Positions 38,937 through 39,071 of a stretch of DNA of 39,071 nt are shown one piece after another. Source of the DNA: an uncultured Flavobacteriales bacterium (GTDB lineage: Bacteria; Bacteroidota; Bacteroidia; Flavobacteriales; UBA7312). Made by a program: the position numbers and the translations under genes. The stretch spans positions 1 through 39,071 of the forward strand of contig CAXGIQ010000003.1 in the NCBI GenBank assembly GCA_964009845.1. Reading direction: 5' to 3'. Numbering within the stretch: the stretch's first letter is position 1; every line of letters starts with the position of its first letter. Under the pieces are notes generated by a model. The model had not been told where the DNA came from and ran no database searches. It saw only the letters and a program-made list of their open reading frames with translations.

Positions 38937-39071
38937 TATGTGTTGTTTTTTAATTTATAAATCTGCGGCAAAGTTCGGCCTAATTCTTTATAATCCAAGC
39001 CATATCCCACAACAAATTCATTAGGGATTTCTTTACCGATGTAGTGAATATCTAATTCCTTCTGATAAGCA
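38936..39071 (-). CDS. hpt: Hypoxanthine phosphoribosyltransferase, C-terminal part (5'-truncated by window)
   Basis: Manual translation AYQKELDIHYIGKEIPNEFVVGYGLDYKELGRTLPQIYKLKNNT* contains FVVGYGLDY. TAATG overlap with adk. Confidence 0.9.
   Translation of the reverse strand, partial: AYQKELDIHYIGKEIPNEFVVGYGLDYKELGRTLPQIYKLKNNT

Noticed and set aside
38930-38945. Possible hpt-adk fusion
   Set aside because: hpt ends in TAA overlapping the adk ATG in a different frame, so they are two separate coupled genes.
758-39024. Many 60-120 aa antisense or alternate-frame ORFs in the track (e.g. 758-1051, 9897-10196, 11960-12271, 36831-37109, 37376-37735, 38710-39024)
   Set aside because: They lie within or across well-supported conserved genes, have no recognisable motifs, and are the expected shadows of codon bias.

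Overview
AT-rich, very densely packed bacterial chromosomal segment from a Bacteroidota genome, most likely a marine Flavobacteriales-type lineage (inference). Support for this: rpoC followed by DUF3467, TAnnTTTG -7 promoter boxes, a type IX secretion (T9SS) sorting domain, and signal peptides cleaved before Gln. About 38 protein-coding genes are present, mostly housekeeping or core metabolism: rpoC (partial), valS, icmF, HemY-type hemG, ilvE, mnmD, rpsT, upp, aroA, aroB, pafA, obgE, adk and hpt (partial), plus several envelope and secreted proteins. I saw no rRNA, tRNA, CRISPR array, prophage, integrase or IS element, and no convincing multi-gene novel system. The most notable signals are in short gaps the ORF track leaves empty or reads incompletely. 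There are three decayed gene relics: a 37-codon DUF1697 stub, a YkgJ gene with a nonsense codon and a frameshift, and a radC collapsed to a 45-codon N-end/C-end fusion. There is also an uncalled 49-aa membrane microprotein translationally coupled to pafA, and a secreted esterase with a short non-canonical C-terminal sorting-like tail. All family assignments come from motif recognition by eye, not from database searches.
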